64,000 nt of DNA from the human T2T-CHM13v2.0 reference genome, Homo sapiens (GCF_009914755.1 NC_060943.1); one strand, 5' to 3'. Positions 22,979 to 46,180 are shown, numbered from the stretch's first letter. The notes: a model not told the origin generated them from the sequence alone. Made by a program: numbers and translations.

Positions 22979-23411
22979 CAGTAGACGCATCATTTTTACA
23001 GTTCTGTTTCTAGGGCCACAATGGTCTGACTAAATTTGGCGAGGGATGCGGGTTAGGGAACAGGAGGCCCTCACCTGTCTCATGAGCTTAGCAGCTGTGT
23101 CCCAGGTTGACCTCTTCACAATCTGGGCCCATCCATGAGCAGCAGCTCCCTGAGGGGCCCCTCTTTATCCTGCAGTGTGTTTTCTAAGGGAGTAATGATC
23201 TGTTGTGGTATTTGCAAGCCTGGGGGTGTTCAACATAGAGTTTGAGTCCCCCCAGATGAAAACAACAAGACCGGCTGAGTGCAGTGGCTCACGCCTGTAA
23301 TCTCACACTTTGGGAGGCTAAGGCGGGAGGATCACTTGAACCCAAGAGTTCAAGACCAGCTTGGGCAACATAGTGAGACCCCATCTCTACAAAAAGAAAT
23401 ATATAAACTTA

Positions 23412-23791
<380 letters not shown>

Positions 23792-23841
23792 TGATCTCCT
23801 GACCTTGTGATCCACCGCGTCCGGCCGACCCTGTTTCTTAA

Positions 23842-24234
<393 letters not shown>

Positions 24235-24894
24235 TGAGCCATCGCGCCTGGCCTGTGAGGGGTTTTTCTTTCTTTCTTTCTTTTTTTTTTTTTTTTATTG
24301 AGATGGAGTCTCACTCTGTCGCCTAGGCTGGAGTGCAGTGGTGCAACCTCAGCTTACTTACTGCAACCTCCGCCCTCCAAGTTCAAGCGATTCTCCTGCC
24401 TCAGCCTCCCAAGTAGCTGGGATTACAGGTGCCTGCCACCACACCCGGCTAATTTTTTTTGTATTTTTTTTTTTTTTTTTTAGCAGAGATGGGGTTTTAC
24501 CATGTTGGCCAGGTTGGTCTTGAACTCCTGACCTCGTGATCCACCCGCCTTGGCCTCCCAAAGTGCTGGGATTACAGGCGTGAGCCATCATGCCCGGCCT
24601 GTGAAGGGTTTTTCTAAGGTTCACCAGCCCTGACATCATTGCAGTTCCCTTTTTCCAGAAATGCAGTGCCCTTGAATACTTTCCCCGCCCATTGAAGGCA
24701 AACAGGGTTTTTTCTGGCATTCTGCACACCTGTTTTGCTGCCCTGCCTTCCGCCTGTGACTGATTGCTTTTGATCTGCTGAAAGAGAAACCCCCGGCCTC
24801 TCTCAGGTGTTTGGTTTCCTCTGTCCGTCTTAGAGTCACCTCTGCTGACATTTATTTGCTGTTTATTTCCCACATTAAAATTGTTGGCTTGAAA

Positions 24895-24943
24895 TATATA
24901 TATATATACACACACACATACATACACACACACATATGTATAT
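24895..24943. repeat. (TA)n(CA)n compound microsatellite
   Basis: tatatatatatacacacacacatacatacacacacacatatgtatata. Confidence 0.9.
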
Positions 24944-24975
24944 AAATCTTCCAGCTTTCTGGAAGATTTCAGCTA

Positions 24976-25434
<459 letters not shown>

Positions 25435-25674
25435 TCAGGGGGTGGAATAGTTTTGCTGGGACCTCTTATACTTCAGCATCTGGCCTGTACCCAGTGTCAA
25501 GAGAAATACTCACAAGGCAGATGCTTTTTCAGCATCTGCAATATCTATAGGTGATATTGAAGGTCCCTCCATCCTGATACCAGAAAATAGTGTGAAATTT
25601 GCACAAAAGGAAGCAGAGGATCTCAGAACAAGCCTGGGCAGCGCAGGGCCTCTCCACCTGAGACCTGGCCTTAG

Positions 25675-26134
<460 letters not shown>

Positions 26135-26139
26135 TAAAA

Positions 26140-27465
<1,326 letters not shown>

Positions 27466-27538
27466 AGTCCCCTTACTAGTTGCATCTGACACTATAGGAT
27501 CTTGCAAGAACTGGAAAGCAAGTCACAGTTTCCCGTGA

Positions 27539-28018
<480 letters not shown>

Positions 28019-28339
28019 TGACCAGGATGGTTTCGATCTCCTGACCTCGTGATCCACCTGCCTCGGCCTCCCAAAGTGCTGGGATTACAGGCGTGAGCCA
28101 CTGCGCCCGGCAAAAAAATCTTTTTTAATTAGCCATGGTGGTGTGCACTTGTAGTTCCAGCTACTTGGGAGATAGGGAGAAGGATTACTTAAGCCCCAGG
28201 AGTTTGGGGCTGCAGTGAGCTATGATTATACCACTATACTCCAGCCGAGACTCTGTCTCCAAAAAATAAACAAACAAACAAGATGGTCGTGAGGTAATCA
28301 TCTTTTAGCCATGCTCATCGGTGGATGGAAGTTCACAAA

Positions 28340-28905
28340 GCTGTTAATTAATGGGCTGATGTTAACTTAGTAGGAAGCCACCCACGGTTCTGTCCTCTGC
28401 TGTGTCTCGGTCAGTCATTTAACTTGTAATTTGGGAAGATAAAGATGTAGAAAGCTTATTTATCAAAGCTGGAGATGACAGACAGCTATAGGGGTGGCTT
28501 TAATCACCAGGTGACAGAGTGAGTACCGGGATGCTTAGATTCCTGCGCGTGGGTCTAAATCAGGGTTTCCCAGCCTAGATACTGTAGGCATTTGGGGCCG
28601 GATCATTCTTTGGGATGGGACCTACCTGGGCACTGCAGGGTGCTGAGCAGCATCCCTGGCCTCCACCCACCAGATGCCAGGAGCACCCCTCTTCCCCCCT
28701 CACTCCCATAGCAACCAAAAATGTCTCCAGACTCTGCCAAATGACCCTGGGAGCAAGAATCACCCCTGGTAGAGAATCGTTGGTCTAGATAAGCAACCAT
28801 ATAAGTACAGGATGGGGAAATAGAACCTCATGACAGCTTGTGAGGAAACAACTTCGGGGTTTCAGTTGATCGTTTTTTTAAAAAGTCATAATAATACTAG
28901 TTTGA
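28340..28905 (+). mobile_element. Ancient L3/CR1 LINE ORF2 (reverse transcriptase) fragment, interrupted by MER20
   Basis: cttatttatcaaagctggagatgacagacagctatagggg is a degenerate copy of the CR1 LIKFADDTKLGG motif; also ataagtacaggatggggaa...gggtttcagttgatc. Confidence 0.6.
28561..28785 (-). mobile_element. MER20 inserted in an L3/CR1 fragment
   Basis: cagggtttcccagcc...catttggggccggatcattctttg...aaaatgtctccagac...aatcacccctggtagagaatc. Confidence 0.8.
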
Positions 28906-29065
28906 GGGCCAGGCGCGGTGGCTGATGCCTGTAATCCCAGCACTTTGGGAGGCCAAGGCGGGCAGATCACCTGGGTCAGGAGTTCGAGACCAGCCTAGCC
29001 AACATGGTGAACCCCATCTCTACTAAAAATACAAAAATTAGGCTGGGCACGGTGGTTCACGCCTA

Positions 29066-29610
<545 letters not shown>

Positions 29611-30290
29611 TCAGCTATTCTGCTCCCAAGACCGCTTTCAACAAAGCTGGACCCAAGGACCTTAGTTCCATCCCTTATCCCATTGAATCTCCAGGCAGCT
29701 CCATTAAACCACCTCCCTAACCCTGCTCCTGGGCACTCCTGGGTTCTCCCGGGCTTCAGGTAGCACCTTAGGCCCAAATGTCCACCCCTTGCTTAGAGCG
29801 CCCTCCTGAGCGCAACACCCCGTGCCAGCGGCTGCCTGCTGCCGAGCCCGCCACTCTGCCCCCCACTTCATGGCCCCTGCACCGCCCCTCTCTGCCACTC
29901 TCCACCCTGCCCTCGAGGTCCCGGTCCCCCTGCGTCCACCAGCAACCCCTTCCAGTGTGCCCTGCTCCCCACGCTGCAGCCATCGTTTCGAGAAGCAGAG
30001 CTCATCCAATCCTCCACATAAACCTTTCCGTGGCTTCAGGTTCAATGACAAAGTGACTCTCCAAGGGCCCCCAAGGCCCATGGCAGAACCTCCTGGAATA
30101 AGACATTCCCTCCACCCTGCCCTTTCCTTTCTCTGACCGGTCCAGACCAGGTCCCTCCCAGACGTCCTCTCCCTCCCTCCCTGAAGCGCGTATTTGTTAA
30201 GCACCCACCCACCACATGACAGGCCTCGTGCCAGCCATGACCACAGAGACCCGCAGCTCCTGGAGTTTCCCTTCTAAATAAACAAAACTA

Positions 30291-31343
<1,053 letters not shown>

Positions 31344-31398
31344 TGACCTCATGATCCGCTCGCCTCAGCCTCCCAAAGTGTTGGGATTACAGGCGTGA

Positions 31399-31728
<330 letters not shown>

Positions 31729-32098
31729 TGATATTTTAAACAAGGTGGCCTCTGGGGCTTCACTGAGAAGGTGGGCAGGTCAGACAAGATGGCTTACCAC
31801 CTGTAATTCTAGCACTTTGGGAGGCAGAGGGAGGAGGACTGCTTGAGGCCAGGAGTTCAAGACCAGCCTGGGCAGCATAGCAAGACCCTGTCTCTATTTG
31901 AAAATTATACATTTAAAAATAAAAGTTGGCCCAGCACAGTGGCTCACACCTGTAATCCTAGCACTTTGGGAGACCAAGGCGGGCAGATCACTTGAAGTGA
32001 GGAGTTGGAGAGCAGCCTGGCCAACATGGCAAAACCCCATCTCTACTAAAAATACAAAAATCAGCCAGACGAGTGGCGCACGCCTGTAATCCCAGCTA

Positions 32099-32206
<108 letters not shown>

Positions 32207-32758
32207 TCAATAAAAATAAAATGAAAAAGAAGATGGGGACAGGCAGAAGGAGCAGCAGCCACGGGGGCCCAGTGGGATGGTGACATGTTTGGAGGAGGCC
32301 GGGGTGGGTGGAGCCAGGTGGCCCAGGAGAGTGGGAGAGTGAAGGCTGGTGGTAGCTGGTGAGGAGATAGCCTGGGTGGGGCCAGAGGTCCTGGACTCTC
32401 TGTAAGAGACCAGATGGTACATACCTTGGGCTTTGTGGGCAGCATAAGGTCTCTGGTGCATATTTTTGCTCTACCAAAGGAGGTGCTGGATTTGGCCCTG
32501 GGGCCATAGTTTGCCGACCATTCTTGCAGGTCACAGTGAAGACGGGTTCCTGGGGAAGGTGGGGGCCATGGCAGGGCTTTGAGCAGAGGAGGGACATGCC
32601 TGACTTGGTTGTTAGTTGAATCATTCCAGCAGCTACGGAGGAAGTGAATGGTAGTACAAATAGTCAAGGAAAGTATTTGCTTTGTGTCAGACAGCATTCC
32701 AGAATGTTCTCTATCACAGCCAACCCCCAGAGAGGGCATTACTGGTTTTTTGTGTTTG

Positions 32759-32790
<32 letters not shown>

Positions 32791-32792
32791 AA

Positions 32793-32927
<135 letters not shown>

Positions 32928-33505
32928 TGACTAATTTTTTACTTTTGGTAGAAATGGGGTTTTGCAATGTTACCCAGACTGGTCTCAAACTCCTGGGCTC
33001 AAGCATTCCTCCCACTCTGTCAGTGACAGGTGGCCACTCTGTCACCTTCTTGCCACCTCAGCCTCCCAAAGTGCTGGGATTACAGGTGTGAGCCACTGTG
33101 CCCAGCCAGCAGGCACTACGATTATCCCCATCCTACAGATGGGGGAAATGGAGGCAGGGTGCAGTTAGGTCCCTGGCTCTGGATCTCGGAGGTGGGGGTT
33201 TGAGCCCGGGCAGCGTGGCTGCGATGTCTGTTCCTAGCACACCTGCCCTCTCTGCCCCGGCCCATGTGGCTGATGGAGTTGTCGGTGTGGATTCAAGGGG
33301 GAGAGAGGGAGGAGAGGAGGTGAAGGTGGCACTCATTGACGGCTCTTTTGAGTTTCCACAAATACTTGTTTCCTGGAGAGTCTTTCCTTTCAGACATCTG
33401 CTAGTCCACCTGGCGCCTGTTCAGTAAGCACCAGGGAATGGAAGGGCCTCTCCCTTCATTTCTGCATTGCAGGTGTGTCTGCTCTCCAGCCCCCCAGCAG
33501 CCCCT

Positions 33506-33966
33506 CACCCCAGGTGCACCCGCACTCGGCCTCTGTACCCCAGATGTACCCACACTCGGCCTCTGTACCCCAGATGTACCCACACTCGGCCTCTGTACCC
33601 TGATGTACCCACACTTGGCCTCTGTACCCCAGATGTACCCACACTCGGCCTCTGTACCCCAGATGTACCCACCCTCAGCCTCTGTACCCCAGATGTACCC
33701 ACACTCGGCCTCTGTACCCCGATGTACCCACACTCGGCCTCTGTACCCCGATGTACCCACACTCGGCCTCCGCACCCCAGGTGTGCCCACACTCGGCCCC
33801 CGCACCTGGGTGTGCCCACACTTGGCCCCCACACCCGGGTGTGCCCACACTTGGCCCCCGCACCCCAGATGCGCCCACACTTGCCCCCTGCACCCAGATG
33901 CACCCACACTCAGCCCCTACAACCCAGATGTACCCACACTTAGTCCCCCCACACCCCAGGTGCACC
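33506..33966. repeat. Minisatellite/VNTR, 30-bp unit CACACTCGGCCTCTGTACCCCAGATGTACC, ~15 copies
   Basis: Tandem units are directly visible, with some 29-bp variants. They produce the repetitive peptides in several ORF frames. Confidence 0.95.
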
Positions 33967-34385
33967 TGCAGCTCCTTCACCACAGCCTGGGCAGCCCATC
34001 CCACTGTGAAGGGAACTCCCGGCCTCCAGCCTGTCTCAGAAGGACCCCTCTCTCCCTACCCTTGCCTGCTGCAGGACAGGCACCACCCTAGTCTTGCCCT
34101 GAAACCCACCCTCCCTCAAAACCCTTTTCTCTTGAAGGGTTTCCTTTTCTCCATCAGGCCACCCTAGCCTAAACCTCACGGAGGATTCTCCCACACACTC
34201 CAGACCTGCCGTCTTGAGCACTGAGTTGCGTAGGGTGTGTTGCAGTCACTTGGGAAGGTGTCGGGCAGGGCACTTTTCCCCAGGACAGACTTCTGAACCC
34301 CAAGCCCATGCAGGTGGCCCTTACCTCTTCTTCATCTGTGTTTTGAATACACACCCTCCACCATAGAAAGCTGCCTGGAGTGGAA

Positions 34386-34560
34386 GCACCTGGGGTGCAC
34401 CCACACTTGGGCTCTGTACCCCAGATACACCCACACTCGGCCTCTGTACCCCAGGTGTACTCACACTCGGCCCTCATACCCCAGGTGCGCCCACACTCGG
34501 CCTCCACACCCACACTCGGCCCCTGCACCCCAGGTGCACCCACACTCAGCCCCCACACTC
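34386..34560. repeat. Second, shorter array of the same 30-bp minisatellite unit (~6 copies)
   Basis: cacactcggcctctgtaccccaggtgtac-like units in the same orientation. Confidence 0.9.
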
Positions 34561-34891
34561 ACGCTAAGCCCTGACGACAGCCTCAGGCCAGCTGAGCTCT
34601 CAGAGATTGGCAACTAATCAAAAAAGGCCAGCTCTCTCTATATATTTTAGAGATTGGGTCTTGCTGTATTGTCCAGGCTGGTCTTGAACTCCTGGGCTCA
34701 AGTGATCCTCCTGCTGCAGCCTCCTAAGTACAGGTGGGACTGGGGCTACAGGTGTATGCCACCACGGCCAGCTGAGCAATTATTATTATTTTGAGACAGG
34801 ATCTTGCTCTGTTGCCCTGGCTGGAGTGCAGTGGCACAATCTGCAACCTCCACCTACCAGTTCAAGCAATTCCCGTGCCTCAGCCTCCTGA

Positions 34892-35083
<192 letters not shown>

Positions 35084-35735
35084 TGACTTGCTTTTCAGTT
35101 TTTCCAAAGCATTTGACTCTGTTTCGTAGAAACACTCAACTCTTTTGCACCCATGGGTTCATGAGTTATGAGTTTAGGTGGCACTTTGTCGCTCAAGTGC
35201 ATAACTTTGATGGCAGGCAGCGATGGCACACACAGCCCTGGGAACAAACAGTAATGGCTCTGGGTAAGCACAGTTTGCAGGCAGACGGCTGCAGAGGGCA
35301 GGTGGCCCTGCCCTGAGTCACACCCGTCGTGGAGAGGAGACGTTATGGGGTGAGCCTGTCAAACCTAAGAGTCTTAAGACTCTGTCTGCTGTGCTGGTTC
35401 ACCTGGGATGGATGGCGGACAGCTCTGTTCAAAACTGTTTTTTGTTTTTTTGTTTTTGTTTTGAAACAGTCTTGCTCTGTCGCCCAGGCTGGAGGGCAGT
35501 GGTGCAGTGATGGCTCACTGCCGCCTCCACCTTCCGGGCTCAAGTGGTCCTTCCACCTCAGCCTCCTGAGTAGCTGGGTCTGCAGGCGTGTGACACCACA
35601 CTCAGCTAATTTTTGTATTTTTTGTAGGGATGTGGTCCCACTGTGTTGTCCAGGCTGGTCTCAAAACTCCTGGGCTCAAGCGATCTGCCCACTTCAGCCT
35701 CCAAATGCCGTTCCTCAGGATTATGTCTTTGACTG

Positions 35736-35928
35736 CAGTCGGCCCTTGAACAGCACGGGTTTCAGCTGCGTGAGTCCAGTTACACACAGACGTTTTTCAG
35801 TCAATACAGTCAGCCCTCTGCAGCCACAGGTTCTGCTTCTGCAACCAAAGCAGACCAAAAATACAGTGTTCTCAGGATGAAAACCCACAGATTCAGAGGG
35901 CCGACTTTTCCCATATGCCGGACAACTG
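35736..35928 (-). mobile_element. MER8/Tigger2-type relic
   Basis: cagtcggcccttgaacagcacgggttt...aaaatacagtgttctcaggatgaaaaccc...gagggccgacttttc. Confidence 0.65.
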
Positions 35929-36071
35929 TACCCCCCTCTTCTTTTCTGTTTCTGCACATGGACTGCTCCCAAATAGATATCCCCAGCTTTGGCCGGTTGC
36001 AGTGGCTCACACCTGTAATCCCAGCACTTTGGGAGGCCAAGGCAGGCAGATTACCTGAGGTCAGGAGTTCA

Positions 36072-36482
<411 letters not shown>

Positions 36483-37131
36483 TCATCCTGGCCTCCTCCA
36501 TCCGTGCCCGTGTTTACCGGGGCACCAAGCCCTGCTGGTTCTGCCTCTGACCTCCTGTCCCAACTTTTCACCCTCTGCCTTCCTTAAGGGCTTTGTCACC
36601 TCGCACTCAGGCTGCCAAACTGGTTCCCTGCCTCTGTCATCTCTCTGTCCCCGTCTAATCATTTGCCTCTCCTATCACTGGTTACCTCTGTAATGCAGGT
36701 TTAATCATGCCTCTCCCTGCCTAAAACCTTCCCCTGGCTCCTATTCTGGAAGAGTGTCGTAGGGCAGCATGTAAAACGCCACGCATGCCCCGCCCAGCCT
36801 GCCTTTTAATCTTCATCTCTGGCCACACTCTTCTAGCACTGCCTGTCTGCCCAGCTCCCGCCCATGCCCCCCCGCCCCGCGCAGCCTTCTGTCCTGTAAC
36901 CACCTTCCCCACAATATGCCATCATTCCCCCTGTTAATGGCTCTGCCCTTGCCCACTGTCCTATCCTGGAATGACTTTCCCTCATCCTTCTTTCTTCTAA
37001 TGACCTCCTATTCATCCCTCAAAACCCAGTGCAAAGGATCCCATGATCTCCTGCCTTCAGGCAAAATGACTCACCTTCCTCCTCAGGCCACCCCAGCTCC
37101 CACTATTGGCGATCCCATCATCCTTTGCTAA

Positions 37132-37534
<403 letters not shown>

Positions 37535-38470
37535 TAACTTTTCTAAACAGATGTGTAAATAATTTTTTTTTGGAAACATGGCTCATGGGTCATCAGTGAC
37601 TGTCTGGACAGCTCAGGGATTAATAGCCGGGAGGAGCTAAGCCCCAGTTCCTCCTCGTTCCATTGTGCTGGGGTTTCATGGATTATTACTGAGCCCATTT
37701 GCACGGTCCGGTCTGCGTTCAGGAGAATATTGTCCCATCTATCTTCAGTTAGCTGTTTGAGTATTCGGGTTGGGTGTGAGGGAGCTAACAGTTGGCCCCT
37801 TGCTCTGTTCTCAGATTCTTGAGGTTTATTTCCCCCTTGAATTGTCCCAACAGTCCTGTGAGGTGGATGTCATTTATTACTTCTGCACAGATGACTAAAC
37901 AATCTCAGGGGAGCCTGGTCATTAATTGGCCATGATCAAAAAGGTAGTGAAAGCACATGGCAGCACTTTGGGAGGCCGAGGCGAGCGGATCACTTGAGGC
38001 CAGGAGTTTGAGACCAGCCTGGCCAACATAGTGAAAATCCTTCTCTACTACAAGTAGAAAAAATTAGCCGGGCGTGGTAATGCATGGCCGTAATCCCAGC
38101 TACTCGGGAGGCTGAGGCACGAGAATCACTTGAACCAACCCAGGAGGCAGAGGTTGCAATGAGCCGAGATCGCGCCACTGCACTCTAGCCTGGGTGACAG
38201 GGCGAGAGACTCTATCTCAAAAAAAAAAAAAAAAGCACGTGGCAGAGTAAGATTCAAACCCGTGTTCCACCTGATGCCAAAGCCTGTGTTTTGGAAAAGA
38301 AATGTCATGTATCAAGATACCCCTAATTCTACAGCCCGCATCCCTACACTTGGGAAAGGAAACAGAGGAAGTCGATCTAGTATTGATAGAAGCGAGCTGT
38401 GTGTTCTAGTGGCTCTAGTAGAAGTGAACCCAGAAGTGGATCTCATAGAAGCAAGCCATGTGAAAACTGA

Positions 38471-38850
<380 letters not shown>

Positions 38851-39244
38851 TGAGCTAGATTTTCTTGCAAGGTTACACTTATTAGCAAAGTCCTTGGGAA
38901 AAGCAATTTGGTAATGCAAGTCTAAACATCAGAAAGGATTTGTAACCTTTGCGTCCAAAATCTCGTCTCACGGAGGCTCTTGTATGAAATTGGAATGCCT
39001 CGAATGTCTAACAGCAGGGAAACGATTAAAGCGATACTTACAAAGTCTATAGCAACGTGAAATACTTGTGTGTTCCCTGCAACTATAACTGAACATGTAC
39101 ACCCGTGTCAATAAAGATGGGGGCACAGAGACATTTGTAAGTGATGGTAAGAGTGCTGGTCGATTTTAATTTAATTTTAAATTTTAGTTCACTCTTGTAC
39201 TATTCATTAAGAAGGCTCAAATTTAGACTGGGCGCGGTGGCTCA

Positions 39245-39544
<300 letters not shown>

Positions 39545-39992
39545 CTATAGGTGATATTTCTTCATGAGCCCTTATCAGTATTTCCCGAGAGCCATTTCTT
39601 ATCAGCCAGGAATCTTTGCAGATGAAGAGTTTGTACCACATTTGTACTTTTTTAAGACCATGACATGCAGCCAACTGGTTTTATGCCCAAGAATGTTCCA
39701 CTTTGTTCCGCCCTTTTTTTTTCTAATGCCCCTAAGGTGACTCACCTATAGCAGTTTACCTTAGTTCTTATCTTCATTAAACAAGAGTAGGGCTCTGGCT
39801 TGGTCTTACACATTTAGAGAAATGCGTTCTACATCAATGGAAAAAAGGTGGGGGTCTCCCCCTACTTCCCCACAAAAAAAACAAACTTTTGAAGTTAAAG
39901 CTTATTAAGAATGGGCCGGGCACAGTGGTTCACGCCTGTAATCCCAGCAATTGGAGAGGGTGAGGCGGGCGGATCACGAGGTCAGGAGTTCA

Positions 39993-40402
<410 letters not shown>

Positions 40403-40512
40403 TCAGGAGGCTGAGGCAGGAGGATTGTTTGAACTCAGGAGTTCGAGGCTACAGTGACCTATGAATGCACCACTGCACTCCAGCCTGGGCAACAGAGTGA
40501 GACCCTGTCTCA

Positions 40513-41069
<557 letters not shown>

Positions 41070-41762
41070 CTAATCGACGTCTAGTGATTTGGGCACCAGA
41101 ATCTAGCTCTCTGCCTGCCTTTCCCACCTCCACCTCAGTTTTCCCCTTATGCAAAATCACGTAGTATTTTCCTATGTCACAGAAATGCCGCTGCCGTGGC
41201 TGAGAGAACGTTTGCTCAGAATGGAATGCTTCCACCAGGATAAAGGCCTTAGGATGTGGATATTTCCAGCTAGCAGCAAGTGTGTTTTGTACTGTGAAGC
41301 ATCCCTTACTTTTAGGACGAGACTGGTCCCAGGAGGAAAAGTGGCGTCGATTGGTTTCCATGGAGAATGCAGTTTCTCACTGTGGACTCTTGAGTTCTTA
41401 GTTATGCTGTCAAATATTCTAAAATCATAGGTCACCTCGCCGTGTTGAAAGGTTCTACAGAGCCTTCTGAGTCTCAGAGAAAGTTAAGTTTGAATTCTTG
41501 GGGTGGAGGAGCCGAGGTCAGGCACTTTGGGGTTAGAGGTGACCCTGGCCTCCTTTTTCCCTCTCGTAAGCTCGAGGTGGGGAAAACCCAGAACCCCCAC
41601 TGCAGGCAAGAATGTGGTTCCATCTGGCCTTTTTGCTGTCGCAGAACCTGCCAGGAAAGGCGCACACAGGATGTTTTAGGGCCCAATTCACCGCAGGCTC
41701 CTGGAGAGCCCCCAGTGAAGAAATGAGTCTCACTGAGGTCAAATGTTGCCCCAGCTGCCTCA

Positions 41763-42155
<393 letters not shown>

Positions 42156-43895
42156 CTAAAAAAAAAAAAAAAGAAGGCCGGGCGCAGTGGCTCACACCTG
42201 TAACCCCAGCACTTTGGGAGGCTGAGGCAGGCAGATTTCTTGAGCTCAGGAATTCAACACCAGCCTGAGAAACATGGTGAAACCCTGTCTCTACTAAAAA
42301 TACAAAAATTAGCCAGGTGTGTTGGCACACGCCTGTAATCCCAGCTACTTGGGAGGCCGAAGCACAAGAATTGGTCGAATCTGGGAGGCAGTCTGCAGTG
42401 AGCCAAGATCGTGCCACTGTACTCCAGCCTGGATGACAGAGTGAGACTCTGTCTCAAAAAAGAAAAAAGAAAAAGAGGGAGAGAAAAAAATGAAAATCAC
42501 CTCTCTTTTAAAGGAATAGAATAAGAGTAACAGAGTCAAATCTCTGGGCAAACATGTACAGAACTTAAATAAACAGTAAGAAGAATAAGATGATAAAACC
42601 AGAAAGTAGCTCAACAGTTAATTCCTGCGGTCATGTTGAGAATGTGTAAGGATTTTCATGTTTATGTGAAACTGAATGGGGGTGGGTGGTAGCTAAGTCG
42701 AAGAGTCATACAATTCCACTTAAGAAATAGCAGTGCTTAAAATGCATTTTTTCAGGCAGTTTTTAACTCAATTTTCTTGGGTAAGTAACCCTTGGCTTTG
42801 CGAGGTAGTTTGTGTTCCCATCTGTCGGGCCAGGCGCCCACTTGCTTCCTGGCTATGGCCTTCCTTCACCTTCCAGCAGAACCTGGTGAGCCCACGGCCT
42901 GTTGCATGGAGATTTTCTTTCTTCTGAAATGGACTCTCACTTCTCTCAAGCTGGAGTGCAGTGGTGCGATCATAGCTCACTGTAGCCTCGAACTCCTGGC
43001 CTCCAGTGATCTTCCCACCTTGGCCTTCTGAAGAGATTTTTTTTTTTAAGTGGAACTTAAAATCCCACCAAAGATAATGGCCCTGAAGGTGGCTGTTGTC
43101 TTTAATGGTTCAGAAGGCTGAGGCAGGAGGATCACTTGAGCCCAGGAGTGGGAGGCTGCAGCGAGCTATGACCACGCCACTGCACTCCAGCCTGGGCAAC
43201 AGAGTGAAACTGTGTCGAAAAAACGAAAGTGAAATGGCCAAGAAAGAGATTACCCTGGGCCCCTGCAGGTCGAACCTTTGGGTGCCCTCCCTGATCTCTC
43301 TCCTAACTGTGCTCCCCGCCCTGCCCGACTGCATCCTTCGCCACAGGGCCGTGGTAGCCTGCATGGCTGTGTGCTCGTGCCGCAATGGGCTGAGCACGTA
43401 GATCTGATGTGACACCAGTGCCTGGAGATGAACAGCACCTGACCCTTGCTCCCAGGGAGGTCAAGGTGCAGCGAGGCTGTGCAATAAAGTCGGGAGTGTG
43501 GTGAGCTGTAAAGGAAGCCCGCAGGCCTAGGCCACGGGCCCGAGGGCAGGGGCACGCCATGCAGAAGGACTCTGACCCGGCCCCACAGCTGGCCAGATAA
43601 GAGAGACGCCTTGAGTCGAGGGGCCGGGGGCTCTGAGGCTCCCCCCTGGTATGGCATGTCAGCGTAGTTGGGGTATAGGGTACAAAATGTGGCAAGAGGT
43701 GAGGCCAGAGAGGGTCTGGACCCTGTAGATGGGGCGGGATGAGAATGGGTGAGTCTGGATGGGCAGCCACCCACGGCGATCTCAGCCTGGGCTAAGTGAC
43801 CAGTGGGCAGCCCCAAAGCCCGTTAAACAGAAGGCCAGGTGTGGCGGCTCATGCCTGTAATCCCAGCACTTTAGGAGGCCAAGGCAGGCAGATCA

Positions 43896-44191
<296 letters not shown>

Positions 44192-44689
44192 TCATCATCC
44201 CACAGACGCCCCCCAAGCTGGGGCTCATGTCCCTGGCACAGAGAGAGGGCCCACACCCATAAGAGGAGGCTCTAGAAGATCCCACAAGAGGGGCCCAGAG
44301 GGCAGTGGCATGCATGCCACGGAGAGGGTGCTGTCTCCTGGCCAGTGAGTTCTGGTTCTTTCTTAAATCAGAGCGCTCCCGTGCATATGCCTTAGCAAAA
44401 TCTCTGCTGTGTTTAACAAGCCTCAGTGCATCCTGGAAGTACTTTTTTTTTTTAAATCGACTTGTGCCTCAATATACTTTTTTTTTTTTTAAGGAAACTA
44501 TTGCTTGGGAATAATTTTCAGTTTACAGAAAAATTGCATAGATAGAAAAGAGAATATTCATGGTACCCACACCCAGTTTCCCCGCACATTAATAACTGAT
44601 GACTAAACTCCCAGGCTTTATCCAAATTTCACCTATTTTTCTGCTCCAGAATCCAGCTCAGGCTCCCACATTGCACTTGGTGGATTTAA

Positions 44690-45394
<705 letters not shown>

Positions 45395-45809
45395 CTAAAT
45401 GTTATACTTCATAACAAAAATGAACTCCAGCACTTTGGGAGGCCAAGGCAAAAGCATCACTTGAGTCCAGGAGTTCGAGACCAGCCTTTGCAACATAGCC
45501 AGATCCCATCTCTAAATTAGCCAGGTGTGATAGCACACACCTATGGTCCCAGCTATTCGGGAGGCTGAGGTGGGAGGATCACTCGAGACAAGGAGGTTGA
45601 GGCTGCAGTGAGCCGTGATCGTGCCTGTGTACTATAGCCAGGGCGACAGAGTGAGACCCTGTTTCAAAACATAAAAAGATAAAATAACAGTAGTACCTAC
45701 TTTTGAGTCATTGTGAGGACTGCAGGACTTAAGAAATATTAAGTGAGGCCGGGCACGGTGGCTCACCCCTGTAATCCTGGCACTTTGAGAGGCCGAGGTG
45801 GGCGGATCA

Positions 45810-46061
<252 letters not shown>

Positions 46062-46180
46062 TCACGCCTTTAATCCCAGCACTTTGGGAGTCCAAGGCGG
46101 GTGGATCACCTGAGGTCGGGAGTTTGAGACCAGCCTGACCAACATGGCGAAACCCCGTCTCTACTAAAAATACAAAATTA

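Noticed and set aside
33401-34167. Overlapping repeat-peptide ORFs (e.g. YPHSASVPQ, CTPDVPTLG) and a superficially CRISPR-like periodicity
   Set aside because: They are products of a 30-bp tandem minisatellite. There are no unique spacers and no cas genes, and the context is eukaryotic.
43250-43816. 188-aa and 155-aa minus-strand ORFs in a moderately CpG-rich unique island
   Set aside because: No domain similarity or convincing splice structure. The region may be regulatory but I cannot support that from sequence alone.
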